64,000 nt of DNA, taken from NCBI RefSeq assembly GCF_009914755.1, contig NC_060930.1; one strand, written 5' to 3'. The notes below the pieces were generated by a model. It had not been told where the DNA came from. It saw nothing but the letters and a program-made list of their open reading frames with translations, and ran no database searches. The stretch is from the human T2T-CHM13v2.0 reference genome, Homo sapiens. A program made the translations under genes and the position numbers. Shown piece after piece: positions 52,301 through 64,000 of this stretch (positions are counted from its first letter, which is position 1; every line of letters begins with the position of its first letter).

Positions 52301-55300
52301 TCAGAAACTAATGTGTGATGGCTGCATTCCACACACACGGTGGCCCATTTCTCTTGATAGAGCAGTTTTGAAACACTCTTTCTGTAGAATCTGCAAGTGG
52401 ATAATTGGACCTCCTAGAGGCCTTCGTTGGAAACGGGATTTCTTCATCTAAACCTACAGAGAAGAATTCTCAGTAACTTCTTCGGATGTGTGCATTCGAC
52501 GCACAGAATGGAACATTCCCTTTGATAGAGCAGTTTTGAGACACCGTTTTTGTAGAATTCCCAAGTGGATATTTAGAGCACTTTGAAGTCTCTGCTAGAA
52601 AAGGAAACATCTTCATGTAAAAAGTAGATAGAATCGTTCTCAGAAAGTGCTTAGTGACGTGTGCGTTCAACTCACAGAGTTTAACGTTTCTTTTGATAGA
52701 GCGTTTCTGAAACACCCTTCTTGTAGTAGCTGCAAGTGGATATTTGGACCTATTGGAGGCCTTCTTTGGAAATGGGATTTCTTCATGTAACTCTAGATTG
52801 AAGAGTTCTCAGAAACTCCTTTGTGATGTGTGCATTCAATTCAAAGAGTGAAACCTCCCTTTTCACAGAGCAGTTTTGAAACACTGTTTTTGTAGGATTT
52901 CCAAGGGGATATTTATAGCGCATTGAGCCTACGGCGGAAAAAGAAACATCTTCCTATAAAAACTAGACAGAATACTTCTCAGAATCTGCTTTGCGATGTG
53001 TGCGTTCAACTCACAGAGTAAAACTTTTCTTTTGATAGAGCAGTTTTGAAACACTCTTTTTGTAGTATTTGCATGTGTATATTTAGAGCGCATTGAAGCC
53101 CACAGTAGAAAAGGAAATAACTTCACCTAAAACCTAGACAGAAGCAATCTCAGAAACTACTTTGTGATGTGTACATTCAACTCACAGAGTGGAACTTTCC
53201 TCTTTATAGAGCAGTGTTGAAACACTCTTTTTGTAGAAACTGCAAGTGGATATTTGGACCTCTTTGAGGCCTTCGTTGGAAACGGGATTTCTTCCTATAA
53301 CCCTAGACAGAAGAATTTTCAGAAACCTCATTGTGATGTGTGCGTTCATCTCACAGAGTGGAGTCTTCCGTTTGATAGAGAAGTTTTGAAACCCTGTTCT
53401 TGTAGGATTTCCAAGTGGATATTTAGACCACTTTGAAGCCTATGATAGAAAAGGAAACATCTTCATGGAAAACATAGATAGAATCATCCTCAGAAACAAC
53501 TTTGTGATGTGTGCGTTGAACTCACCGTCTTTAACCTTTCTTTTGGTAGAGAAGTTTTGAAACACTCTCTTTGTAAAGTCTACAAGTGGATATTTTGAGC
53601 CCTTGGAGGCATTCTTTGGAAAAGGGAATGTCTTCACATAAAAGGCAGACGGAAGTGTTCTCAGAAACTGCTTTGTGATGTCTGTGTTCAACTCACAGAG
53701 TTTAACATTTCCTTTGATAGAGCGGTTTAGTAACCCTCTCTTTGTAGAATTTGGAAGTGTATACTAAGAGCGCTTTGAGGCCTATGGTAGAAAAGGAAAT
53801 ATCTTTCCATAAAAGCTAGACAGAAGCAATCTCAGAAAATCCTTTGCGATGTCTGCATTCAACTCACCGAGTGGAACATTCCTCTTGAGAGAGCAGTTTG
53901 GAAACACTCTTTCTGTAGAATCAGCTTGTTTGTATTTGGACCTCCTTGAGGCCTTCGTTGGAAACGGGTTTTCATCTTATAAACCCAGACAGAAGAATTC
54001 TCAGAGTCTTCTTTGTGATGTGTGCTTTCAACTCACCGAGATAAAGATTTCTCTTGATAGAGCAATTTGGAAACACTCTTTTTGTAGAATTTGCAAGGGT
54101 ACATTGAGAGCGCTTTCAGGCCTATGGTAGAAAAGGGAATATCTTTCCATAAAAGGTAGACAGAAGCAATCTCAGAAACTACTTTGTGATGTGTGCATTC
54201 AACTCACCGAGTGCAACGTTCCTCTTGACCGAGCAGTTTGGAAACATTGTTTCTGTAGAATCTGCAAGTGGATATTTGGACCTCTTTGAGGCCTTCGTTG
54301 GAAACGGGATTTCTTCCTATAAACCCAGACAGAAGAATTCTCAGAGACTTCTTTGTGATGTGTGAATTCAACTCACAGTGTGGATCCTTCCTTTTGATAG
54401 AGCAGTTTTGAAACCCTGTTTTTGTAGTATTTCCAAGCGGATATTCGGAACGCCTTGAAGCGTATGGTAGAAAAGGAAATATCTTCCCATAATACCTAGA
54501 CAGAACCAATCTCAGAAACGACTTTGTGATGTCTGCATTCAAGTCACAGAGTTGAACATTTCTCTTGATAGAGCAGTTTTGAAACCCTCTTTCTGAAGGA
54601 TCTGCAAGTGGATATTTGGAACTCCTTTGGGTCTTCGTTGGAAACGGGATTTCTTCGTATAAATCTAGACAGAAGAATTCTCCGAAACTTCTTTGGTTGT
54701 GTGCATTCAAGTCACAGAGTGGAACCTTCCTTTGGATAGAGCAGTTTGAAACGCCGTGGTTGTAGTATTTCCAAGCGGATATTAGAGCGCCTTGAGGCCT
54801 ATGGTAGAAAAGGAAATATCTTCCCATAAAACCTAGACGGAAGCAATCTCAGAAACTACTGTGTGATGGCTGCATTCCACACACACGGTGGAACATTTCT
54901 CTTGATAGAGCAGTTTTGAAACACTCTTTCTGTAGAATCTGCAAGTGGATAATTGGACCGCCTTGAGGCCTTCGTTGGAAACGGGATTTCTTCATGTTAC
55001 TCTAGATAGAAGAATTCTCAAACACTGCTATGTGATGTTTGCATTCAAGTCACAGAGTGCAACATTCCTCTTGGTAGAGCAGTTGGGAAACACTCCTTTT
55101 GTAGAATCTGCAATGGGATATTTGGACTTCTTTGAGGCCTTCGTTGGAAACGGGATTTCTTCGTATGAATCTAGACAGAAGAATTCTCAGAAACTTCCTT
55201 GTGATGTGTGCATTCAACTCAGCGAGTGGCACCTTCCTTTGGATACAGCAGTTTTGAAACACTGTTTTTGTAGTATTTCCAAGCGGATATTTAGAGCGCC

Positions 55301-58300
55301 TTGAAGCCTATGCTAGAAATGGAAATATCTCCCCATAAAACCAAGACAGAAGCAATCTCAGAAACTAATGTGTGATGGCTGCATTCCACACACACGGTGG
55401 ACCATTTCTCTTGATAGAGCAGTTTTGAAACACTCTTTCTGTAGAATCTGCAAGTGGATAATTGGACCTCCTAGAGGCCTTCGTTGGAAACGGGATTTCT
55501 TCATCTAAACCTACAGAGAAGAATTCTCAGTAACTTCTTCGGATGTGTGCATTCGACGCACAGAATGGAACATTCCCTTTGATAGAGCAGTTTTGAGACA
55601 CCGTTTTTGTAGAATTCCCAAGTGGATATTTAGAGCACTTTGAAGTCTCTGCTAGAAAAGGAAACATCTTCATGTAAAAAGTAGATAGAATCGTTCTCAG
55701 AAAGTGCTTAGTGACGTGTGCGTTCAACTCACAGAGTTTAACGTTTCTTTTGATAGAGCGTTTCTGAAACACCCTTCTTGTAGTAGCTGCAAGTGGATAT
55801 TTGGACCTATTGGAGGCCTTCTTTGGAAACGGGATTTCTTCATGTAACTCTAGATTGAAGAGTTCTCAGAAACTCCTTTGTGATGTGTGCATTCAATTCA
55901 AAGAGTGAAACCTCCCTTTTCACAGAGCAGTTTTGAAACACTGTTTTTGTAGGATTTCCAAGGGGATATTTATAGCGCATTGAGCCTACGGCGGAAAAAG
56001 AAACATCTTCCTATAAAAACTAGACAGAATACTTCTCAGAATCTGCTTTGCGATGTGTGCGTTCAACTCACAGAGTAAAACTTTTCTTTTGATAGAGCAG
56101 TTTTGAAACACTCTTTTTGTAGTATTTGCATGTGTATATTTAGAGCGCATTGAAGCCCACAGTAGAAAAGGAAATAACTTCACCTAAAACCTAGACAGAA
56201 GCAATCTCAGAAACTACTTTGTGATGTGTACATTCAACTCACAGAGTGGAACTTTCCTCTTTATAGAGCAGTGTTGAAACACTCTTTTTGTAGAAACTGC
56301 AAGTGGATATTTGGACCTCTTTGAGGCCTTCGTTGGAAACGGGATTTCTTCCTATAACCCTAGACAGAAGAATTTTCAGAAACCTCATTGTGATGTGTGC
56401 GTTCATCTCACAGAGTGGAGTCTTCCGTTTGATAGAGAAGTTTTGAAACCCTGTTCTTGTAGGATTTCCAAGTGGATATTTAGACCACTTTGAAGCCTAT
56501 GATAGAAAAGGAAACATCTTCATGGAAAACATAGATAGAATCATCCTCAGAAACAACTTTGTGATGTGTGCGTTGAACTCACCGTCTTTAACCTTTCTTT
56601 TGGTAGAGAAGTTTTGAAACACTCTCTTTGTAAAGTCTACAAGTGGATATTTTGAGCCCTTGGAGGCATTCTTTGGAAAAGGGAATGTCTTCACATAAAA
56701 GGCAGACGGAAGTGTTCTCAGAAACTGCTTTGTGATGTCTGTGTTCAACTCACAGAGTTTAACATTTCCTTTGATAGAGCGGTTTAGTAACCCTCTCTTT
56801 GTAGAATTTGGAAGTGTATACTAAGAGCGCTTTGAGGCCTATGGTAGAAAAGGAAATATCTTTCCATAAAAGCTAGACAGAAGCAATCTCAGAAACTCCT
56901 TTGCGATGTCTGCATTCAACTCACCGAGTGGAACATTCCTCTTGAGAGAGCAGTTTGGAAACACTCTTTCTGTAGAATCAGCTTGTTTGTATTTGGACCT
57001 CCTTGAGGCCTTCGTTGGAAACGGGTTTTCATCTTATAAACCCAGACAGAAGAATTCTCAGAGTCTTCTTTGTGATGTGTGCTTTCAACTCACCGAGATA
57101 AAGATTTCTCTTGATAGAGCAATTTGGAAACACTCTTTTTGTAGAATTTGCAAGGGTACATTGAGAGCGCTTTCAGGCCTATGGTAGAAAAGGGAATATC
57201 TTTCCATAAAAGGTAGACAGAAGCAATCTCAGAAACTACTTTGTGATGTGTGCATTCAACTCACCGAGTGCAACGTTCCTCTTGACCGAGCAGTTTGGAA
57301 ACATTGTTTCTGTAGAATCTGCAAGTGGATATTTGGACCTCTTTGAGGCCTTCGTTGGAAACGGGATTTCTTCCTATAAACCCAGACAGAAGAATTCTCA
57401 GAGACTTCTTTGTGATGTGTGAATTCAACTCACAGTGTGGATCCTTCCTTTTGATAGAGCAGTTTTGAAACCCTGTTTTTGTAGTATTTCCAAGCGGATA
57501 TTTGGAACGCCTTGAAGCGTATGGTAGAAAAGGAAATATCTTCCCATAAAACCTAGACAGAACCAATCTCAGAAACGACTTTGTGATGTCTGCATTCAAG
57601 TCACAGAGTTGAACATTTCTCTTGATAGAGCAGTTTTGAAACCCTCTTTCTGAAGGATCTGCAAGTGGATATTTGGAACTCCTTTGGGTCTTCGTTGGAA
57701 ACGGGATTTCTTCGTATAAATCTAGACAGAAGAATTCTCCGAAACTTCTTTGGTTGTGTGCATTCAAGTCACAGAGTGGAACCTTCCTTTGGATAGAGCA
57801 GTTTGAAACGCCGTGGTTGTAGTATTTCCAAGCGGATATTAGAGCGCCTTGAGGCCTATGGTAGAAAAGGAAATATCTTCCCATAAAACCTAGACGGAAG
57901 CAATCTCAGAAACTACTGTGTGATGGCTGCATTCCACACACACGGTGGAACATTTCTCTTGATAGAGCAGTTTTGAAACACTCTTTCTGTAGAATCTGCA
58001 AGTGGATAATTGGACCGCCTTGAGGCCTTCGTTGGAAACGGGATTTCTTCATGTTACTCTAGATAGAAGAATTCTCAAACACTGCTATGTGATGTTTGCA
58101 TTCAAGTCACAGAGTGCAACATTCCTCTTGGTAGAGCAGTTGGGAAACACTCCTTTTGTAGAATCTGCAATGGGATATTTGGACTTCTTTGAGGCCTTCG
58201 TTGGAAACGGGATTTCTTCGTATGAATCTAGACAGAAGAATTCTCAGAAACTTCCTTGTGATGTGTGCATTCAACTCAGCGAGTGGCACCTTCCTTTGGA

Positions 58301-61300
58301 TACAGCAGTTTTGAAACACTGTTTTTGTAGTATTTCCAAGCGGATATTTAGAGCGCCTTGAAGCCTATGCTAGAAATGGAAATATCTCCCCATAAAACCA
58401 AGACAGAAGCAATCTCAGAAACTAATGTGTGATGGCTGCATTCCACACACACGGTGGCCCATTTCTCTTGATAGAGCAGTTTTGAAACACTCTTTCTGTA
58501 GAATCTGCAAGTGGATAATTGGACCTCCTAGAGGCCTTCGTTGGAAACGGGATTTCTTCATCTAAACCTACAGAGAAGAATTCTCAGTAACTTCTTCGGA
58601 TGTGTGCATTCGACGCACAGAATGGAACATTCCCTTTGATAGAGCAGTTTTGAGACACCGTTTTTGTAGAATTCCCAAGTGGATATTTAGAGCACTTTGA
58701 AGTCTCTGCTAGAAAAGGAAACATCTTCATGTAAAAAGTAGATAGAATCGTTCTCAGAAAGTGCTTAGTGACGTGTGCGTTCAACTCACAGAGTTTAACG
58801 TTTCTTTTGATAGAGCGTTTCTGAAACACCCTTCTTGTAGTAGCTGCAAGTGGATATTTGGACCTATTGGAGGCCTTCTTTGGAAATGGGATTTCTTCAT
58901 GTAACTCTAGATTGAAGAGTTCTCAGAAACTCCTTTGTGATGTGTGCATTCAATTCAAAGAGTGAAACCTCCCTTTTCACAGAGCAGTTTTGAAACACTG
59001 TTTTTGTAGGATTTCCAAGGGGATATTTATAGCGCATTGAGCCTACGGCGGAAAAAGAAACATCTTCCTATAAAAACTAGACAGAATACTTCTCAGAATC
59101 TGCTTTGCGATGTGTGCGTTCAACTCACAGAGTAAAACTTTTCTTTTGATAGAGCAGTTTTGAAACACTCTTTTTGTAGTATTTGCATGTGTATATTTAG
59201 AGCGCATTGAAGCCCACAGTAGAAAAGGAAATAACTTCACCTAAAACCTAGACAGAAGCAATCTCAGAAACTACTTTGTGATGTGTACATTCAACTCACA
59301 GAGTGGAACTTTCCTCTTTATAGAGCAGTGTTGAAACACTCTTTTTGTAGAAACTGCAAGTGGATATTTGGACCTCTTTGAGGCCTTCGTTGGAAACGGG
59401 ATTTCTTCCTATAACCCTAGACAGAAGAATTTTCAGAAACCTCATTGTGATGTGTGCGTTCATCTCACAGAGTGGAGTCTTCCGTTTGATAGAGAAGTTT
59501 TGAAACCCTGTTCTTGTAGGATTTCCAAGTGGATATTTAGACCACTTTGAAGCCTATGATAGAAAAGGAAACATCTTCATGGAAAACATAGATAGAATCA
59601 TCCTCAGAAACAACTTTGTGATGTGTGCGTTGAACTCACCGTCTTTAACCTTTCTTTTGGTAGAGAAGTTTTGAAACACTCTCTTTGTAAAGTCTACAAG
59701 TGGATATTTTGAGCCCTTGGAGGCATTCTTTGGAAAAGGGAATGTCTTCACATAAAAGGCAGACGGAAGTGTTCTCAGAAACTGCTTTGTGATGTCTGTG
59801 TTCAACTCACAGAGTTTAACATTTCCTTTGATAGAGCGGTTTAGTAACCCTCTCTTTGTAGAATTTGGAAGTGTATACTAAGAGCGCTTTGAGGCCTATG
59901 GTAGAAAAGGAAATATCTTTCCATAAAAGCTAGACAGAAGCAATCTCAGAAACTCCTTTGTGATGTCTGCATTCAACTCACCGAGTGGAACATTCCTCTT
60001 GAGAGAGCAGTTTGGAAACACTCTTTCTGTAGAATCAGCTTGTTTGTATTTGGACCTCCTTGAGGCCTTCGTTGGAAACGGGTTTTCATCTTATAAACCC
60101 AGACAGAAGAATTCTCAGAGTCTTCTTTGTGATGTGTGCTTTCAACTCACCGAGATAAAGATTTCTCTTGATAGAGCAATTTGGAAACACTCTTTTTGTA
60201 GAATTTGCAAGGGTACATTGAGAGCGCTTTCAGGCCTATGGTAGAAAAGGGAATATCTTTCCATAAAAGGTAGACAGAAGCAATCTCAGAAACTACTTTG
60301 TGATGTGTGCATTCAACTCACCGAGTGCAACGTTCCTCTTGACCGAGCAGTTTGGAAACATTGTTTCTGTAGAATCTGCAAGTGGATATTTGGACCTCTT
60401 TGAGGCCTTCGTTGGAAACGGGATTTCTTCCTATAAACCCAGACAGAAGAATTCTCAGAGACTTCTTTGTGATGTGTGAATTCAACTCACAGTGTGGATC
60501 CTTCCTTTTGATAGAGCAGTTTTGAAACCCTGTTTTTGTAGTATTTCCAAGCGGATATTTGGAACGCCTTGAAGCGTATGGTAGAAAAGGAAATATCTTC
60601 CCATAAAACCTAGACAGAACCAATCTCAGAAACGACTTTGTGATGTCTGCATTCAAGTCACAGAGTTGAACATTTCTCTTGATAGAGCAGTTTTGAAACC
60701 CTCTTTCTGAAGGATCTGCAAGTGGATATTTGGAACTCCTTTGGGTCTTCGTTGGAAACGGGATTTCTTCGTATAAATCTAGACAGAAGAATTCTCCGAA
60801 ACTTCTTTGGTTGTGTGCATTCAAGTCACAGAGTGGAACCTTCCTTTGGATAGAGCAGTTTGAAACGCCGTGGTTGTAGTATTTCCAAGCGGATATTAGA
60901 GCGCCTTGAGGCCTATGGTAGAAAAGGAAATATCTTCCCATAAAACCTAGACGGAAGCAATCTCAGAAACTACTGTGTGATGGCTGCATTCCACACACAC
61001 GGTGGAACATTTCTCTTGATAGAGCAGTTTTGAAACACTCTTTCTGTAGAATCTGCAAGTGGATAATTGGACCGCCTTGAGGCCTTCGTTGGAAACGGGA
61101 TTTCTTCATGTTACTCTAGATAGAAGAATTCTCAAACACTGCTATGTGATGTTTGCATTCAAGTCACAGAGTGCAACATTCCTCTTGGTAGAGCAGTTGG
61201 GAAACACTCCTTTTGTAGAATCTGCAATGGGATATTTGGACTTCTTTGAGGCCTTCGTTGGAAACGGGATTTCTTCGTATGAATCTAGACAGAAGAATTC

Positions 61301-61640
61301 TCAGAAACTTCCTTGTGATGTGTGCATTCAACTCAGCGAGTGGCACCTTCCTTTGGATACAGCAGTTTTGAAACACTGTTTTTGTAGTATTTCCAAGCGG
61401 ATATTTAGAGCGCCTTGAAGCCTATGCTAGAAATGGAAATATCTCCCCATAAAACCAAGACAGAAGCAATCTCAGAAACTAATGTGTGATGGCTGCATTC
61501 CACACACACGGTGGACCATTTCTCTTGATAGAGCAGTTTTGAAACACTCTTTCTGTAGAATCTGCAAGTGGATAATTGGACCTCCTAGAGGCCTTCGTTG
61601 GAAACGGGATTTCTTCATCTAAACCTACAGAGAAGAATTC
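46356..61640 (+). repeat. HOR units 17-21: canonical 18-mers (5 x 3057 bp)
   Basis: Landmarks 46356, 49413, 52470, 55527, 58584, 61641. Confidence 0.93.
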
Positions 61641-64000
61641 TCAGTAACTTCTTCGGATGTGTGCATTCGACGCACAGAATGGAACATTCCCTTTGATAGA
61701 GCAGTTTTGAGACACCGTTTTTGTAGAATTCCCAAGTGGATATTTAGAGCACTTTGAAGTCTCTGCTAGAAAAGGAAACATCTTCATGTAAAAAGTAGAT
61801 AGAATCGTTCTCAGAAAGTGCTTAGTGACGTGTGCGTTCAACTCACAGAGTTTAACGTTTCTTTTGATAGAGCGTTTCTGAAACACCCTTCTTGTAGTAG
61901 CTGCAAGTGGATATTTGGACCTATTGGAGGCCTTCTTTGGAAACGGGATTTCTTCATGTAACTCTAGATTGAAGAGTTCTCAGAAACTCCTTTGTGATGT
62001 GTGCATTCAATTCAAAGAGTGAAACCTCCCTTTTCACAGAGCAGTTTTGAAACACTGTTTTTGTAGGATTTCCAAGGGGATATTTATAGCGCATTGAGCC
62101 TACGGCGGAAAAAGAAACATCTTCCTATAAAAACTAGACAGAATACTTCTCAGAATCTGCTTTGCGATGTGTGCGTTCAACTCACAGAGTAAAACTTTTC
62201 TTTTGATAGAGCAGTTTTGAAACACTCTTTTTGTAGTATTTGCATGTGTATATTTAGAGCGCATTGAAGCCCACAGTAGAAAAGGAAATAACTTCACCTA
62301 AAACCTAGACAGAAGCAATCTCAGAAACTACTTTGTGATGTGTACATTCAACTCACAGAGTGGAACTTTCCTCTTTATAGAGCAGTGTTGAAACACTCTT
62401 TTTGTAGAAACTGCAAGTGGATATTTGGACCTCTTTGAGGCCTTCGTTGGAAACGGGATTTCTTCCTATAACCCTAGACAGAAGAATTTTCAGAAACCTC
62501 ATTGTGATGTGTGCGTTCATCTCACAGAGTGGAGTCTTCCGTTTGATAGAGAAGTTTTGAAACCCTGTTCTTGTAGGATTTCCAAGTGGATATTTAGACC
62601 ACTTTGAAGCCTATGATAGAAAAGGAAACATCTTCATGGAAAACATAGATAGAATCATCCTCAGAAACAACTTTGTGATGTGTGCGTTGAACTCACCGTC
62701 TTTAACCTTTCTTTTGGTAGAGAAGTTTTGAAACACTCTCTTTGTAAAGTCTACAAGTGGATATTTTGAGCCCTTGGAGGCATTCTTTGGAAAAGGGAAT
62801 GTCTTCACATAAAAGGCAGACGGAAGTGTTCTCAGAAACTGCTTTGTGATGTCTGTGTTCAACTCACAGAGTTTAACATTTCCTTTGATAGAGCGGTTTA
62901 GTAACCCTCTCTTTGTAGAATTTGGAAGTGTATACTAAGAGCGCTTTGAGGCCTATGGTAGAAAAGGAAATATCTTTCCATAAAAGCTAGACAGAAGCAA
63001 TCTCAGAAACTCCTTTGTGATGTCTGCATTCAACTCACCGAGTGGAACATTCCTCTTGAGAGAGCAGTTTGGAAACACTCTTTCTGTAGAATCAGCTTGT
63101 TTGTATTTGGACCTCCTTGAGGCCTTCGTTGGAAACGGGTTTTCATCTTATAAATCCAGACAGAAGAATTCTCAGAGTCTTCTTTGTGATGTGTGCTTTC
63201 AACTCACCGAGATAAAGATTTCTCTTGATAGAGCAATTTGGAAACACTCTTTTTGTAGAATTTGCAAGGGTACATTGAGAGCGCTTTCAGGCCTATGGTA
63301 GAAAAGGGAATATCTTTCCATAAAAGGTAGACAGAAGCAATCTCAGAAACTACTTTGTGATGTGTGCATTCAACTCACCGAGTGCAACGTTCCTCTTGAC
63401 CGAGCAGTTTGGAAACATTGTTTCTGTAGAATCTGCAAGTGGATATTTGGACCTCTTTGAGGCCTTCGTTGGAAACGGGATTTCTTCCTATAAACCCAGA
63501 CAGAAGAATTCTCAGAGACTTCTTTGTGATGTGTGAATTCAACTCACAGTGTGGATCCTTCCTTTTGATAGAGCAGTTTTGAAACCCTGTTTTTGTAGTA
63601 TTTCCAAGCGGATATTCGGAACGCCTTGAAGCGTACGGTAGAAAAGGAAATATCTTCCCATAAAACCTAGACAGAACCAATCTCAGAAACGACTTTGTGA
63701 TGTCTGCATTCAAGTCACAGAGTTGAACATTTCTCTTGATAGAGCAGTTTTGAAACCCTCTTTCTGAAGGATCTGCAAGTGGATATTTGGAACTCCTTTG
63801 GGTCTTCGTTGGAAACGGGATTTCTTCGTATAAATCTAGACAGAAGAATTCTCCGAAACTTCTTTGGTTGTGTGCATTCAAGTCACAGAGTGGAACCTTC
63901 CTTTGGATAGAGCAGTTTGAAACGCCGTGGTTGTAGTATTTCCAAGCGGATATTAGAGCGCCTTGAGGCCTATGGTAGAAAAGGAAATATCTTCCCATAA
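61641..64000 (+). repeat. HOR unit 22: partial, 18-mer type
   Basis: Contains TTCTCCGAAACTTCTTTGGTTG (~63850), which is absent from 15-mers. Truncated by the window end. Confidence 0.9.

Larger units (their letters stand above)
1..64000 (+). repeat. D6Z1: Alpha-satellite higher-order repeat array (18-mer, 3057 bp), most likely human chromosome 6 active centromeric array D6Z1
   Basis: Continuous ~170-bp alphoid monomers (CATTCAACTCACAGAG...TTTGATAGAGCAGTTTTGAAACAC...GCAAGTGGATATTT) with CENP-B boxes. The same landmark recurs at 37, 3093, 5613, 8670, 11727, 14278, 17335, 20392, 23449, 26506, 29563, 32114, 35171, 37722, 40779, 43836, 46356, 49413, 52470, 55527, 58584 and 61641. The alpha-satellite call is certain. 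The chr6 identity rests on recalled knowledge (18-mer, ~3-kb BamHI unit). Confidence 0.93.

Noticed and set aside
37-63998. All ORFs in the six-frame track (60-207 aa), including the 207-aa minus-strand ORF
   Set aside because: They recur with the HOR period, are internally repetitive translations of alphoid monomers (FQNCSIKR, CELNAHIT), overlap on both strands, are broken freely by indels and stops, and resemble no protein family I recognise.
1-64000. CRISPR-like array (17-bp CENP-B box recurring with spacers)
   Set aside because: The intervening sequences are homologous monomers rather than unique spacers, there are no cas genes, and the sequence is primate satellite.
1-64000. Transposon (L1/Alu) insertion, inversion or foreign DNA hidden in the array
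   Set aside because: Every inter-landmark distance is accounted for (3057, 3056, 2551, 2520) and ORF orientations are constant, leaving no room for an insertion or strand switch.
1-64000. Claim that this window is the kinetochore site (centromere dip region)
   Set aside because: High homogeneity fits an active array, but the CDR is defined by methylation and CENP-A data that cannot be read from sequence.

Overview
The whole window is uninterrupted primate alpha-satellite DNA: ~170-bp monomers, all in one orientation, organised as a highly homogeneous 18-monomer higher-order repeat (HOR) of 3057 bp with one BamHI site and 7 intact CENP-B boxes per unit. Unit length, monomer number and the ~3-kb BamHI periodicity match my recollection of the active human chromosome 6 centromeric array D6Z1; this assignment is not confirmed by a search. 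There are 21 complete units and 1 partial unit: 16 18-mers, 3 15-mers (2551 bp), and 2 15-mers that also carry a 31-bp deletion removing a CENP-B box (2520 bp). I found no protein-coding genes, RNA genes, CRISPR arrays, transposon insertions or inversions, and every listed ORF is a repeat artefact. I see no new gene system. The interest lies in array architecture: HOR structural variants, CENP-B box losses, an internal trimer duplication, and diagnostic SNVs that reveal multi-HOR duplications at 6.1, 23.4 and 40.7 kb spacing.
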